A stretch of DNA of 64,000 bases from Rhizophagus irregularis (GCF_026210795.1 NC_089436.1:2232001-2296000); one strand, 5' to 3'. Shown: positions 39,537 through 51,984, numbered from the stretch's first letter. Notes: generated from the letters alone by a model not told the origin. Numbers and translations are program-made.

Positions 39537-41888
39537 ATGTCGAAAACACCTTCCGCTATTCTCAATTCAAAGATTCGTGGAAAAAAAGCTTTTTTACCTG
39601 ACGATGTTGAAAATTCAATTTCAACAGCGCTTTTACATATTTGGACAGTAACAAATAAAAAAATTGATTCATGTGTTTTCGAACAAGATAAAGTGAGAAT
39701 AATATTTAAGAAGAATGAAGGTCGCACGTATATTGACTTACAAGAGTTGTCATCAAGTTTTACGTTCATCAATAAGGTATAAGATTTCCTCGTTTTTAGA
39801 CAACTTTGTCCACTTTTTTATTGGGTTTGATTACTTTTTTATGGGTTTAGACAATTTTGTCCACTTTTTTTCGTTGTTGGTTATTCATCTCTGTCCACTT
39901 TTTTTTTCATTTCTGGATAACTTTGTCCACTTTTTTTTTATTTTTGGATAATTTTGTCCATTTTTCCCTTGGTATTAGAACAATTACATTTTTTCTGAAT
40001 AAAATATTTTATTTTTTTAGGATAGTTTGACTGAACTCGAGAATTACAAGAATCTATATGAATTATACAAAAGTAAATATGATTCAGTATTGAATAATAA
40101 TGCTAAATTACAGGTAAATATAAATTATAAGAATGATGTTTGGTTTTTAATTTATAAAATTTATATCTTACTTTTTTTATTACTTAATTTCTGATAATAG
40201 AACAAATTGCAAAAGTACTCTAATCTTGGATTAGTAACGCCAGAAAATACGTGTCCAGTTAGTGTTAGAACAGCTGATACTATAATTTCAGATATGGATG
40301 AACCATTAAAACAATTGTTACAGTATTCAACACCTGAACATTTACCTGAATCCACAACATCAACTCTCTACTCAACATTATATCACGAAATTAATGACTC
40401 AGAACTTGCCCGCGCTCTGAACTATGATTTAGCTTTAAATTACCTCACAACTCTTGATACACCGTCAAAAATTTGGTCAAATCTAAATAATCATTGCATT
40501 AAAAAATTTGGCGGCCAAAATTGCATAAAAAATAACGCTACCATTTCAAATATAACATGGGCCAAAACAACATTATTAGGTTACCGCAACTGGAACATGA
40601 TGTGAAATTATTATGATGATATTGATAAATGGATAGTAAAAATTAATAATTTCTGTAAGTAAAATTTATCAAATAAAATTGTTCTTGATTACAAAATAAT
40701 TATTCACATCTAAATTTTATAGGTTTTGTTAAAGATGAGGTTAATGATTTTCAGCCTATAAGTGAGGAATCAAGTAATCATAAAAGTACCAAATTAAAAT
40801 CACCTTTGCAAGTGTTACTAGCAAATACCAAATTAAATCCACCTTTACAATCGCCACTAGCAGCTGATGAAAGTACCGAAGCTAATAAAAGTACCGAATT
40901 AAATTCACCTTCACAATCGCCACTGGCAGCTGATGAAAATACCGAATTTAATGAAAGTACCAGATTGAATTTACCTCCATCAACAAAAGTACCAACAAAA
41001 AAGCTAACAGCAAAATCACAAGTAAAATCACCTATATTAAAGTCAGTAGAAAAAGTACCAAATGTGGAAGTGGCAGTAATAGTAGAATCACCAACTTCAG
41101 AGCTATTAATCTCAGAAGTAGCAGATGAATCTCGAGTAGTACGTACATCAATATCAAAAGTATTAACAAAAAAACGTAAGCATAAGTGTGTTGAAGTTTC
41201 AGTTTCTTCAGAAAAGGATAGTGAAAGTGATCATAATGATGATGATGATGATGAAGCTATTGTAAATGAAGAGTTAAATTCTCTTTCAGATGCTTTTGTT
41301 TAGTAAAGAAAGGAAACTATGTGAAATTTTACTGGCAAATGATGAACATTTCGTTGCCTCAGAAAAATCAAAACTACTGAAATATTTACTGCATTGGCTG
41401 AGTTATCAAAATTTGAAACAATTAAAGTAGTTGACAAGGAATCTGCTACTAAGAAGATAAATCAATGGAGGAATCAGGAAACGTATTGTGAAAAGCTGCT
41501 AATTGCGGCTGAATCTTTTAACTTATTGCATTTGGCGTTATTGGTCCAAATTTATGATGATCTTACAAAGCTCGGTTCAGAATTAGAAGTTAAAAATGTA
41601 AAATCTTGGGTTATTTCGTTCATGTGATCTATACTTAAAATTGACAGAAAAGCTGAATAAAGAAATAGGCTGGATTGGGATAGGTTACGTAGGTTATTTA
41701 ATGAAGGAATAATGGCTGCGCAACTTGCGCAAGTAGATTGTCGCAAATGTGATTTTTTTGTTACAAAAGAAAATTACAAAATATTTTTATCACAAATTCC
41801 TTCTTTACAAACTCGCTGATCAATTACTTCGAGCATGTCAGTTGAACGTATATCAGAAATCATTGAACCAAAACAAAAGTGAGCATAA
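39537..41888 (+). pseudogene. Four-exon gene of unknown function, inactivated by several nonsense codons
   Basis: Exons ~39537-39776, 40021-40113, 40201-40655 and 40723-41888 with GT-AG introns; in-frame stops at 40603, 41301, 41625, 41658 and 41817. Confidence 0.7.
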
Positions 41889-42144
41889 TTATTTCAAAGC
41901 ATAATTAAATTATAAAATGTAAATGTAAAGTTATGCATTAGAATATAAAATGCAAATTGCAATATTTTTTTTATAGCAATTAAAAAATAGTTTATTTTGA
42001 CAAATTTATCCAATAATATATATTATATGTATGCTATAACTTAGTAATATTATTCAGAAAGTAGACAAAATTGTCCAAAAAGACGTTATACTACTGATAA
42101 ATTAAGTAATTTTATAATAAGATCAATTTTATAATAGGTGGCGT

Positions 42145-42369
42145 TATACATGTAGCCGAAATCTCTATGAAGCTGGACAGGGTTTCGGACTTTCAGTAAT
42201 TTAATTATAATAAATTATTAAAAACTATCCAGAAATCCATCCGAAACTCCAAAGACTTTATATTATAGTTTCGGCTGGATGTAGAGATTAATTTTTATCA
42301 TTTTTTAACTTAATTTTGATTTAAAGACGTGGTCGAAAATCACGTGAAAAGGTTTCGGCTACAAGTATA
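42145..42369. mobile_element. TA-flanked MITE
   Basis: tatacatgtagccgaaa / tttcggctacaagtata. Confidence 0.75.
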
Positions 42370-42599
42370 AGCGACGCGTTTAGGATTAGTAGTACAAAAC
42401 GCGTAATAATTAGAGTGGACAAAATTGTCCAAAAAGCCATTATGCTATAATAAGATCAATTTTATAGCATTTAGGATTAGTAGTATAAAACACGTAATTA
42501 ATAAGAGTGGACAAAATTGTCCAAAAAAAAGTTTTTGAAAACGCTTCAGGTCTATCAAAAGTTTTGAATAAAGAGCTAAAAACATATAAAAATTTCAGA

Positions 42600-43540
42600 G
42601 AATAATATTGAGATTGAGCATAATATTAAATTCAAGAACTTGATAAGTAAATATCTTAAACTAGATTCTAATGATTATCTTCATCAGTTAGAAAAAGAGC
42701 AAATATGTGTTTGCAAATAGGAGACATATCAAGTGAATGGAGAGAAGCCTTACTGTATCCTATACCCAAAACTATGGAATGGGATTAGTTAAGATCATTA
42801 CAAAAAGGTTATCAGCTGTAATTGCAGAAAAAAATATACTTAAAGAAGGTAATTATGTAGCATTACCTGGCGGATCCATTACAGATTATTAACACTTGTA
42901 TAGAAGATGCTAAAGTTAATAAGAAAACATCTGGTTGATGTTTTAAGACCTCTCCAAGGCATATGACCGGGTAGATGTAGAGATGTTAAAACTTGTAATG
43001 GACAGAATTAAAATCCCTAAAATTTTCGATAGTCTAAGATTGGATACAAGATAGAACACTCTTGGAAAAACAACATATAAGCATTACATAAAAAGTCAGT
43101 GTCCGCTATTATTCATAATATATGGATGATGTAACGTAGTTGACAGAAAGTAAACACACATTGGAAAGAATCCTGAATATAGCAGATGAATTTAATAAAA
43201 TGAATAATATTCAGACAAATTATAAAAAATTTGCAATGACAACAAATGAAGAAATACAAACTGTAGATGGAAAAATTAATATCGATTTTGGATCAGAAAT
43301 TAGGAAAAATCGGTTAGAATCTTGGGGGTGTGGGTTAACTTAGACCTTAATACGAAATTTGTCTTAAATCAATGTAAAAATATAAGAATTACTGATTTAC
43401 AGATAAGATATATATACAATCATATCATTGTACCTAGGATGGAATATAAATCACAATTAACGATTTGAAAGCAGAATTAGATAGAACAATTATAGCTGAT
43501 TGCAAAATTATAAGACCATTCTATGATTTTTTAATTTGAA
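42600..43540 (+). pseudogene. Degraded non-LTR reverse transcriptase fragment
   Basis: EWREALLYPIPK, DLSKAYDRVD and YMDDV motifs with frameshifts and deletions. Confidence 0.88.
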
Positions 43541-43641
43541 ACCTGTTTATTCAACTCCTTAAATAAAAATAGAAATATATCATATAATTCAATATAAATA
43601 AATTACTTTAAAATCTTTATTAATTTTAAGGAGTTAAAGTT

Positions 43642-44290
43642 TATTTATTTTATTTTATTTTATGTGAAGTAGGGAGAGAAATATACAAAGGCATGACTGA
43701 CATACAGTACAACCTAGACGAAATCTATTATCAACAACCAGAGAAGCTGGAAGCCGACCTGAACTTCTTGAAAAAAAAGACCTGTACTACTACCACATCC
43801 GATGATAAGCCAAGCGAACACACTGGGTAAAAAAAAGGAAAGGGAAAAAAAAGGGAAGAGGACAAGTCCTCTTTCCAAGAAATTGTGGTACAACACATAA
43901 ATATATTCTATCCTAAAAATAATACAATTCTGAAATTTCTAATTAAAGCGTAGGCTAAACTAGTTTCTGTAATAAAGTCAAAATTCCTGCTAAAACTGCC
44001 TTGTTATCTTTATTATTACCCTTTTTCTTCGAGGATTTCTTTGCCTTCTTCTGAGTATTCGGGTATTTCTCCTCTTGGTTATTATTTTTAGACTTTATTC
44101 GAGGATGCAGGTTTATCCTTCTTCTTAGGCTGATTACTGTCCAAATTCTTGTCAGACTTACCTGACTTTTTCGTATTCAGTGTATTTTTAGCCTTCGGTT
44201 TACATTGTACTTTCTTCAAGGTAGGAATGGAGTGTCGACACCATTTCAACTCTTTACCATCAGGTACGAAAAACTGTGGCGTATCTAAGG
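43642..44290 (-). mobile_element. 5'-truncated copy of the ORF1-only retroposon, 18-bp TSD
   Basis: TSD TTTTAAGGAGTTAAAGTT at 43624-43641 and 44291-44308; (TAAAA)n tail on the minus strand; reverse complement of ~45567-46240. Confidence 0.9.
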
Positions 44291-44405
44291 TTTTAAGGAG
44301 TTAAAGTTATTATCAAAATAGGGGTTTGTCTAAAGCCGTGTTCGATCACGTGACTTAACATTTTATAAATAAGCCATTTTTTTATGAACTAAGATTAATG
44401 TAAGT

Positions 44406-46254
44406 GAATACATTTTTTACGAAAATTTCTGCGTAATAATTTTTTTTAAAAAATAATCCCCTTTATTAAATTTTATTACATAAATATAAAAATGTCTATG
44501 GATAAAAGCCGAACACCAAACAAAGAAGCTTTAGACTTCGTTTCCCTATTTAACGAACAATATTTTCATACCGTTACATATCACTTAAGTTCTTTTATAC
44601 AGGACGGTTTCCTCAAGGACTTATTTGAAAAAAACCCCTCAGTACCTAAGGATAAAGCCCAGCTACTGATAGAAAGGTTTGGCGACTCAGCCAACCCCGC
44701 GAACTTCACTACACAAGCTCAAGCTACGAATATACAACCCACCACCCTTTCGCTAATATTTTCTATAGCGCTATATGCTGCGTCCAAATCTTGGGATAAT
44801 TTTTCTACCCAATTCTATTGCAAATTTGGCGATACCGGTGATGATGATGATGACGAAGATAGGGAATCTCAGGATACAGATGATTACCTAATGGATGCGT
44901 CACCGTTTCTTGATCAAGATGTAGATGATCTAATACGCCAAGGATTCCAAAAACCACCAAATCCAGTACCTATCAAGCTTCCATCAATGCCTGATATAGT
45001 AATGACCCCTGTTGATCAAACTGTGATACCCGAAAATTCCCGGAAGAAAGATAAACAAAAGGCACGTGTTACAGATGATCTACACAGATACTGACAGGAT
45101 ACGAAGCTGTCGGAGATGAGCAAGAGCGAATCTGAGACATAATAGTTTACGATATCCCGTATACCTGGAACCTGCAGAAAATAATAGCAGAGTTAAAATT
45201 TTGGGGGAACGCTATTAAATGTTCTGTCAAACGGCAACATAAGTATCAGACTCTTTGAGTCAAAATAGCACTTTCCTCATTTGCCCGCCCCTTTAGTTTA
45301 ATAAATATTGGACGACAGACCTGGGAGGTATACCCGTTAGATGGTTCCCTGCAAGTTGGACTTTACGAGAAAGAAAGCAACGTGAAAAGTTCCAAGCCAT
45401 TATTCATGACATTCCGGAGGATATGACGATGGCTACCTTGTGGATGGACCGTAAACCATGTGAATTTTTAATGAAGTGCGGTGCTAGCTCATTTAAAATT
45501 ATTCAAACAAGCAAAGGACGGAGGAAACTTGTGGCCTATTTCGAGAATTGGGAGACCACACTAAGGCCTTAGATACGCCACAGTTTTTCGTACCTGATGG
45601 TAAGGAGTTGAAATGGTATTGACACTCCATTCCTACCTTGAAGAAAGCACAAAACAAACCGAAGGCTAAAAATACACCGAATCCAAAAAAATCAGGTAAG
45701 TCTGATAAGAATTTGGAAAGTAATTAGCCTAAGAAGAAGGATAAATCTACATCCTTGAAGAAAGTCCCGAAAAATAATAACCAGGAGGAGAAACACCCGA
45801 AGAATCAGAAGAAGGCAAAGAATACCTTGAAGATTAAGGGTGGTAATAAAGATAACAAGGCGGTTTTAGCAGAGATTTTAACTTTATTACAGAAACTAGT
45901 TTAGCCTACGCTTTAATTAGCGGTTTTACAAATTTCAGAATTGTATTATTTTTTAGGATAGAATAGGTTTATGTGTATGCACCACAATTTCTTGGAAAGG
46001 GGACTTGTCCTCTCCACTTTTTTTCCCCCCCTATTTTTACCCAGTGTGTTCTCCTGGATTATTATCGGTAGTGGTAGTAGTGCAGGTCTTTTATTTTTCA
46101 AGAAGTTCGGGTTGGGCTCCAGCTCCTCTGGAATTCGATGGTAGGATTTAGTTGGGTTGTATTACTTAGGTTATATTACTTAGGAATCATGCTCAGTTTT
46201 TTTGTCCCCTGCCGGCTTCACATAAAATAAATAAATAAATAAATAAATAAATAA
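44406..46254 (+). mobile_element. Full-length 1.85-kb ORF1-only non-LTR retroposon (12-bp TSD, (TAAA)n tail)
   Basis: TSD ATTAATGTAAGT at 44394-44405 and 46255-46266; tail at 46223-46254; the host MITE is restored when it is removed; no RT or endonuclease. Confidence 0.88.
44492..45904 (+). pseudogene. ORF1-like protein (N-terminal domain, RRM-like region, Lys-rich tail) with frameshifts and stops
   Basis: MSMDKSRTPNKEALDF..., then DIIVYDIPYTW, GIPVRWFPASW and RKLVAYFENWE across frames, ending AEILTLLQKLV*. Confidence 0.75.
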
Positions 46255-46646
46255 ATTAATGTAAGTATGAAAGTTATAGAATAAGTGTATTTTAGCCTGC
46301 TTCACAAGTTTACTTAGTGAAAAAAAGCTGATTTTAAATACTGTTTTTAACTTTACATATGAATGAATAATCTTTGCCAATTATATTCGATTGAACACAG
46401 CTTTAGATGACCCCAAAATAGGTATTTAATTTAAACTTGCTTTTTTACTAATTCTTGAAAAATTCAAAATATCAAATTTTCAAATTGAAAATCATAGGGT
46501 AGTCTTACAATATGCATGGACAAACAGGGGTGGGCATGGTATACCATTGAGATTAACTTATTTCAAGTATGGCTTGAATTTTTCTGTCTGAAAGATTTAC
46601 TCAAGTTTTGTGTATGTCCATCTTTATATGCGAAGTAAGTATCTAA

Positions 46647-46846
46647 GGGGGTGACGAAAACAAGTACAGTATGGAATCCTATGTATGTATATATGGTGAC
46701 CTATATATGGATGTATGGTGGCCTATGTATAGTATATTACTATTGTGATAACTATACCGTATGAAAATTAACACCATACATACCATACATTGACCACCAT
46801 ACATACATACATAGGATTCCATACTGTACTTGTTTTCTATATAATC
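46647..46846. mobile_element. 200-bp MITE with a perfect 35-bp internal IR and 8-bp TSD
   Basis: gaaaacaagtacagtatggaatcctatgtatgtat / atacatacataggattccatactgtacttgttttc; TSD GTATCTAA. Confidence 0.85.
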
Positions 46847-47089
46847 GTATCTAAAGCCCCTTTGCAAACATCCAGATCTGTGAAATCTGATAGTACACTT
46901 CTTATTTGCAAGAGCTTTGGGAGTAAGTATATATGAAACACCTGCTGCACAATAGTAAGTATACATCTTAATAGAAATAGAATCAATCTTACAAAGCTTT
47001 ATATCTGACTTTTTATGTAATAATTCATAAATTCTATATTCAATCTTAATTATATGATCATCTATAGGACCTAAAAGAAACTCTTTTCC

Positions 47090-48367
47090 AAAATTTTTTT
47101 TTTACGTAATAATTTTTTTAAAAAAAATTTTCCTTTATTAAACTTTATTACACATATTAAAAATAAATAAGGACACGAGTAGAATACAATACGAAGAAGC
47201 TGTAGACTTCGTATCAGAATTCACTGAAGTATTTTATCACTCTGTTTTTCACAACTTATGCTCCTTCATAGAGGACGGTTTCCTCAAGAAAAAAACCTAT
47301 CAAAAACTGTTGACAGTACCAATCCCACGAACTTCACTACACAAGCTCAAGCTACAAATATACAATCAACCACCCTTGCGCTAATATTTTCTATAGCGAC
47401 ATATGCCTCGTCTGCCATGCCATTATTAAATCTACTGGACTCACTTGGCACAAACCTGATGAAGTTTCCTCTCTATGTCACCGTTGTGGTCGCACTGGTT
47501 GTGACACCAATGCATGTAGTTCCTCTTGCTCTACCAATCGTCCTTTGATCGCCCTAAGGATCTAATAGACAATCATATGCTGATGCAGCCAATAACAACC
47601 GTTCCCAATTCAGAGCACATTCTCAATACTCTCGCGAAGATGTCCCAATGCTAGACAACCTCCTTCTCAATCTACCCTTGATCACTATGCCAATGGAATG
47701 GATTTTGATCAACTTCCTTCCATTATTGATTACCATCAAATCATGGAAACCCTTACTGTTATTTAAGAAGAACTTGTTGAATTAACTAAAGGTTTCCAAC
47801 ACCTGCAATCAAGAGTCAAAGATCTGGAAGATGGTCATCCTCCTCGTTCTTTACCTTCAGCTCCAATTCATGCACCTCTCCCCTTTGAATCTGGATAAGG
47901 ATGATACATAAAGGCTTAGTGATAATCTTATGGATTTTAAAACAGTCAAACTTGGAATAGAACAACAATTTCTTTATTTAGCTGCCCACGGTAATGCTGG
48001 CTTAACCTCTATTTACGTTTTCCTATCATGGTGCTACAATGATGGACAACAAAAAACATAATTTTTCCTCACACTTTTTCCCTCTTCTTAATTTTGGACA
48101 GTTAAATGTTAATGGTTTAGTTTCTCCTATGCGACAATTTCATTTACTTAATTATTTCCTTCATTCCCCTTTTTTAGTGCTTTCAGTTAATGATACTAGA
48201 TTATCCCTTCCGCTTCAAAATTTATATACAAAAATGAACACTCCCTGCATAATTTTAGGTTATATTTGGCCTTTTCTTCTTCTTCTTTTTCACATAGTGG
48301 TGTAGGTTTACTACTCCATAACCCTTTACACAAACATATTCAAACTGTTGACTCTTGGGAAGGACGA
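47090..48367 (+). mobile_element. Internally deleted APE-type LINE 5' remnant (ORF1 N-terminus, Cys knuckle, ORF2 endonuclease start)
   Basis: NFTTQAQATNIQSTTLALIFSIA; LCHRCGRTGC; FGQLNVNGL...LSVNDTRL. Confidence 0.8.
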
Positions 48368-48564
48368 GCATCCCGATTTTATCACAATTTTGCCGATCAT
48401 CTGTAGATCATTTATCGATCATTTAATCAATTTTATCACTTCGCAATAATTAAGTTAATTAACTTCGATTGAAAAATTCTACATAATAATATATACTCAA
48501 ATTTTGCATACAGTTTAATATTGGTTTGAAATTACTGTAATTCTTAATAATTTTAAATAAAAAT

Positions 48565-49238
48565 GGAGTTTTCCTGAGGTTTATGTCATTATTTTTTGCT
48601 TTTTTGTTTTTCTTGGTCACTTTTTCTGGTGTAACCTTATTTTCTGATCGTCATAGTGGCTTGGTGTTACAATTTTAAAATCGATGATTACTCGGGTGAT
48701 AAGGGGGGTGACAGGTTGGGTACTGCAGTTTTTGTAGTATGCCGATCATGGTGGTTACATGTTGGACTATCATTGGATGATTGTTTACAATGAGGTGGGT
48801 GTCCCTTTGGAGATTGCATAACACTAAAAAGTTCCCTATTGGCTGGACTGCACGACACTAAAAAGTTCCCGGAGGTCTTTGTGAAATAGATTTGTTATCT
48901 ATAATATATAGTCAAATAGGAGAAATTGAATTTTATGCATTTCTGATGGTGCTAATGGTAGCTCAGAGGTTCTTTACCGATTCTAGGAGTGGGTATGGCG
49001 CTGGATGGGTTACGTATAGCATAGTCGACTTTACCCATTTTGAAATAGATTTGGGGGAGTAGCCTTAGTTATTTATATAGAGAGGGTGGGGTTTGTTATA
49101 ATCTTAGCTTTTCTTTTATTTGTAATTTTGGAAGATTATTTGTTCTTTGTTTTCTATTAGTTCTGCACCTTTTTAGAATATTCTGTGTTTTCTAAAGTCA
49201 CTTCAGCATTAATTAATAAAATTCAAAGCTCAAGCTAT
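48565..49238 (+). mobile_element. Third truncated copy of the LINE 3' region; target site of the CACTA insertion
   Basis: Homologous to 19418-20140; caagctat(49231-49238) + gtt(62410-62412) reproduces caagctatgtt at 20133. Confidence 0.8.
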
Positions 49239-50800
49239 CACAGGTCAAAATCGAGGCTATCGGTTGCATATCGGGTACCAGATATATGTAGGATATGTAT
49301 ATGATATGTATACGATATGCAACAATTACACACATATCGGGTACCTGATATCTGTAATGTTTATGCAGAAGTTCGGTGATATATATTATAGATATCGTGC
49401 ACATATTACACATATATCGGGTAGTATAATATCCACATATCTTATACATGTCGTATAAATATCATATAGATATTGGTCAGTATAATATCGGACACATGTT
49501 ATATAGATATCGGGTAAATATAGGATACATATCGTACATTTATCTGACAATACGATAGATAATTTTTTCATATAATATTATAATTTAATCTGGGCAAAAT
49601 TATAATTTCAGATTAATTTTTAATTTTAATTCGGGCTAAAGTAAAATTTTATTACACAAATTTTATTCTTATTTTCAATTAAATTAAAAGTTTTATTGTT
49701 TTTTAATTAATAATAAAAAAGATTACAAAAAAATATATTATTCTATATAGCTATATAAATAATTAGATATCTGTTATCTACAAATGGCGCTTATTTTTAT
49801 CTGTTTAATATTTAAAAGAAAGAAATAGTATTTTAGTAATAAAGATATTAGTATGAATAATGTATTCGTAAAAGAAAAAGAATAGTATTAAAAAAATGTT
49901 AGTAAAAAATGGTTAGTAATAGAAAATGTTATTAGTATGTTTAGTAGTAAAATATATTAGTAAAAACAAACGTTAGTAGGTTAGAAAAAAAGAAAATATA
50001 AATAAAAATTAGTAAAAAAATATACCTTTGTATTTATTTCACCTCTTTTTTTGAAGTTTGCTGTTTAAAGAGAAAATAGATTTTGTTAATTATTTTTCTT
50101 TAATAAATAAAAAAAATAAATATTTAAATTACCTTGATGTGCGTTACTCTCATATTCTTCTGAAGATATATGATTAGATCTTCTTTTTCTTGAGTTTACT
50201 ATATATAAACCAAATTAATTTTTGATTAAATTTTTTTAAAAAAAATGCTTAGATTACCTTGATATGTGTTGCTTCCAAATTCTTTTGATTTAGAGTTTTT
50301 TTTCTTGAATTCGCAGATATAGGATTACCACCTTCGACGCACAGTATCAAAAAATGTCCGCCCTTGATGTGGAAGGTACTTAGGAACCATCATCTCCCGA
50401 TTAATGAGACCCTAAGTCAGAGGAGGCTAGCCTATCGGGTACAAGTACCCTACAACTTCATCCCTAGGTAGTCAAAAATCTCAGGTGGTTCCAGACCACA
50501 GCGTACTACATGATTAGTCTTTGGACATGTTGGGATTTGATAAGGGAGAGAAAAAATACTCCAGCGCCAGCGTTTTGTAAAGAATAATAAAATAATATTT
50601 TTAAGTTAGTTCTTTCTTTATTAAATTTTTGAAAAAGTTTTGTTTCTTAAAATCGTAAAAAAATGCTGGTTGCTACAACTGACGGACAACGACAAATTGT
50701 CAGGCTACCCCCGGACAAAGTAATTGGAAGGCAGAAAATGTCATAAAATATCCAGCCCTATTTCATAACATTTTCCTCCAGGCTAAAGCAAATATTACAA

Positions 50801-50963
50801 AAGAAATTGCAAATATATTTAACAAGCAATAGATACATGGCCGTTGAAAAATATATTCACACTTCATATTGTAATACCACAGTCTAACAAAGAAAGACAA
50901 GAAATTGCAAATATATTTAACAAGCAATAGATACACGGCCGTTGAAAAATATATTCACACTTA
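50801..50963. repeat. 64-bp direct repeat x2
   Basis: aagaaattgcaaatatatttaacaagcaatagatac...tattcacactt at 50801 and 50900. Confidence 0.85.
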
Positions 50964-51984
50964 TACCACAAAGAAAGACTCAAACCACTATTGTAAAGAA
51001 AAATATGAAAAATACGCGTATATCCTATTTTCATACCTTGCTTAACAGTTCCACTATTTATTTAAAAGAGAATTTTCTCTTTTTTGTATGTGGGTAGGGG
51101 TACATTTTTTCCTTTTTTTTATTCTTTTCTTTTGTATATAGTAGATGAGTATGTCTTACTATATTAAATATATAAACTAAAGTGCCAAAGTATTGTTAAT
51201 ATTGTAAAAGATAAGTAAAGTATACTTGGATAAAAGAGAAAAGAAGAGACGAACCGTAAAGCGTTAATAAAAGATAAGTAAGAAGAGAAAAGTGTATTTT
51301 TGAAAATAAACAAAAAAAATCGCGCATTAATTTTAGATATCACATGTAATCAAAGCGATTTTAATTGGTTATTAATATACATGCATAAATGTCATGTGAT
51401 TTTAGTGACGAAACTGTAAACCTGCGTAATATTACGGTTAAAATATTTTGAAAATTTACGAGACTGTAAACCTGCGTAATATTATTACTATTTGATCGTT
51501 AAAGCTGCGTATGCAGTAGAACGTATACAAGGGCATGTGATACTATTGAATAATCAAAAATAATATTAACACCTTTTCTTTTAAGTTTGGGAAAGCAGAT
51601 TTTTTTATTATTTACAATTTTTATGTTAAAAATTAAAGTAAATTCTAATTTTTATTATAACTTAATAAAAAATACACATTTGATACTTGTTCGCTACTAT
51701 TTTACTATAAAATAGTATCCAGGCTGTACGGCATGAACGTCAGTATCAGTTACAGCCCAAAAAAACGTAAGTCTCCAGCCGATATTTGGTACGGACTGGG
51801 CCTAGCTATTCACTTAATAAATAAAAAAATAAAAATAATTATCTTCTTCTACGATACGTAGGTAAGTTTCTCCTTCTCCTACGATTGTCACGCGTAACTA
51901 AAATTGATCAAATTTATCAAATTTAAAATGTGAACGTAAAATAGAATGTAATATTAATTATAAAATTTTATTATAATATAATTA

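Larger units (their letters stand above)
44321..46414. mobile_element. MITE family G copy (6-bp TSD AAAATA) hosting the retroposon
   Basis: ggggtttgtctaaagccgtgttcgatc ... gattgaacacagctttagatgacccc; AAAATA on both sides. Confidence 0.85.

Noticed and set aside
46679..46966. 95-aa Cys/Tyr-rich ORF
   Set aside because: Reads through a MITE inverted repeat.
49213..49571. Overlapping short ORFs
   Set aside because: They arise from CACTA subterminal repeats.
50490..50535. Group I intron R-like motif (GTCCAAAGACTAAT, minus strand)
   Set aside because: No matching S element or P7 partner at a workable distance.
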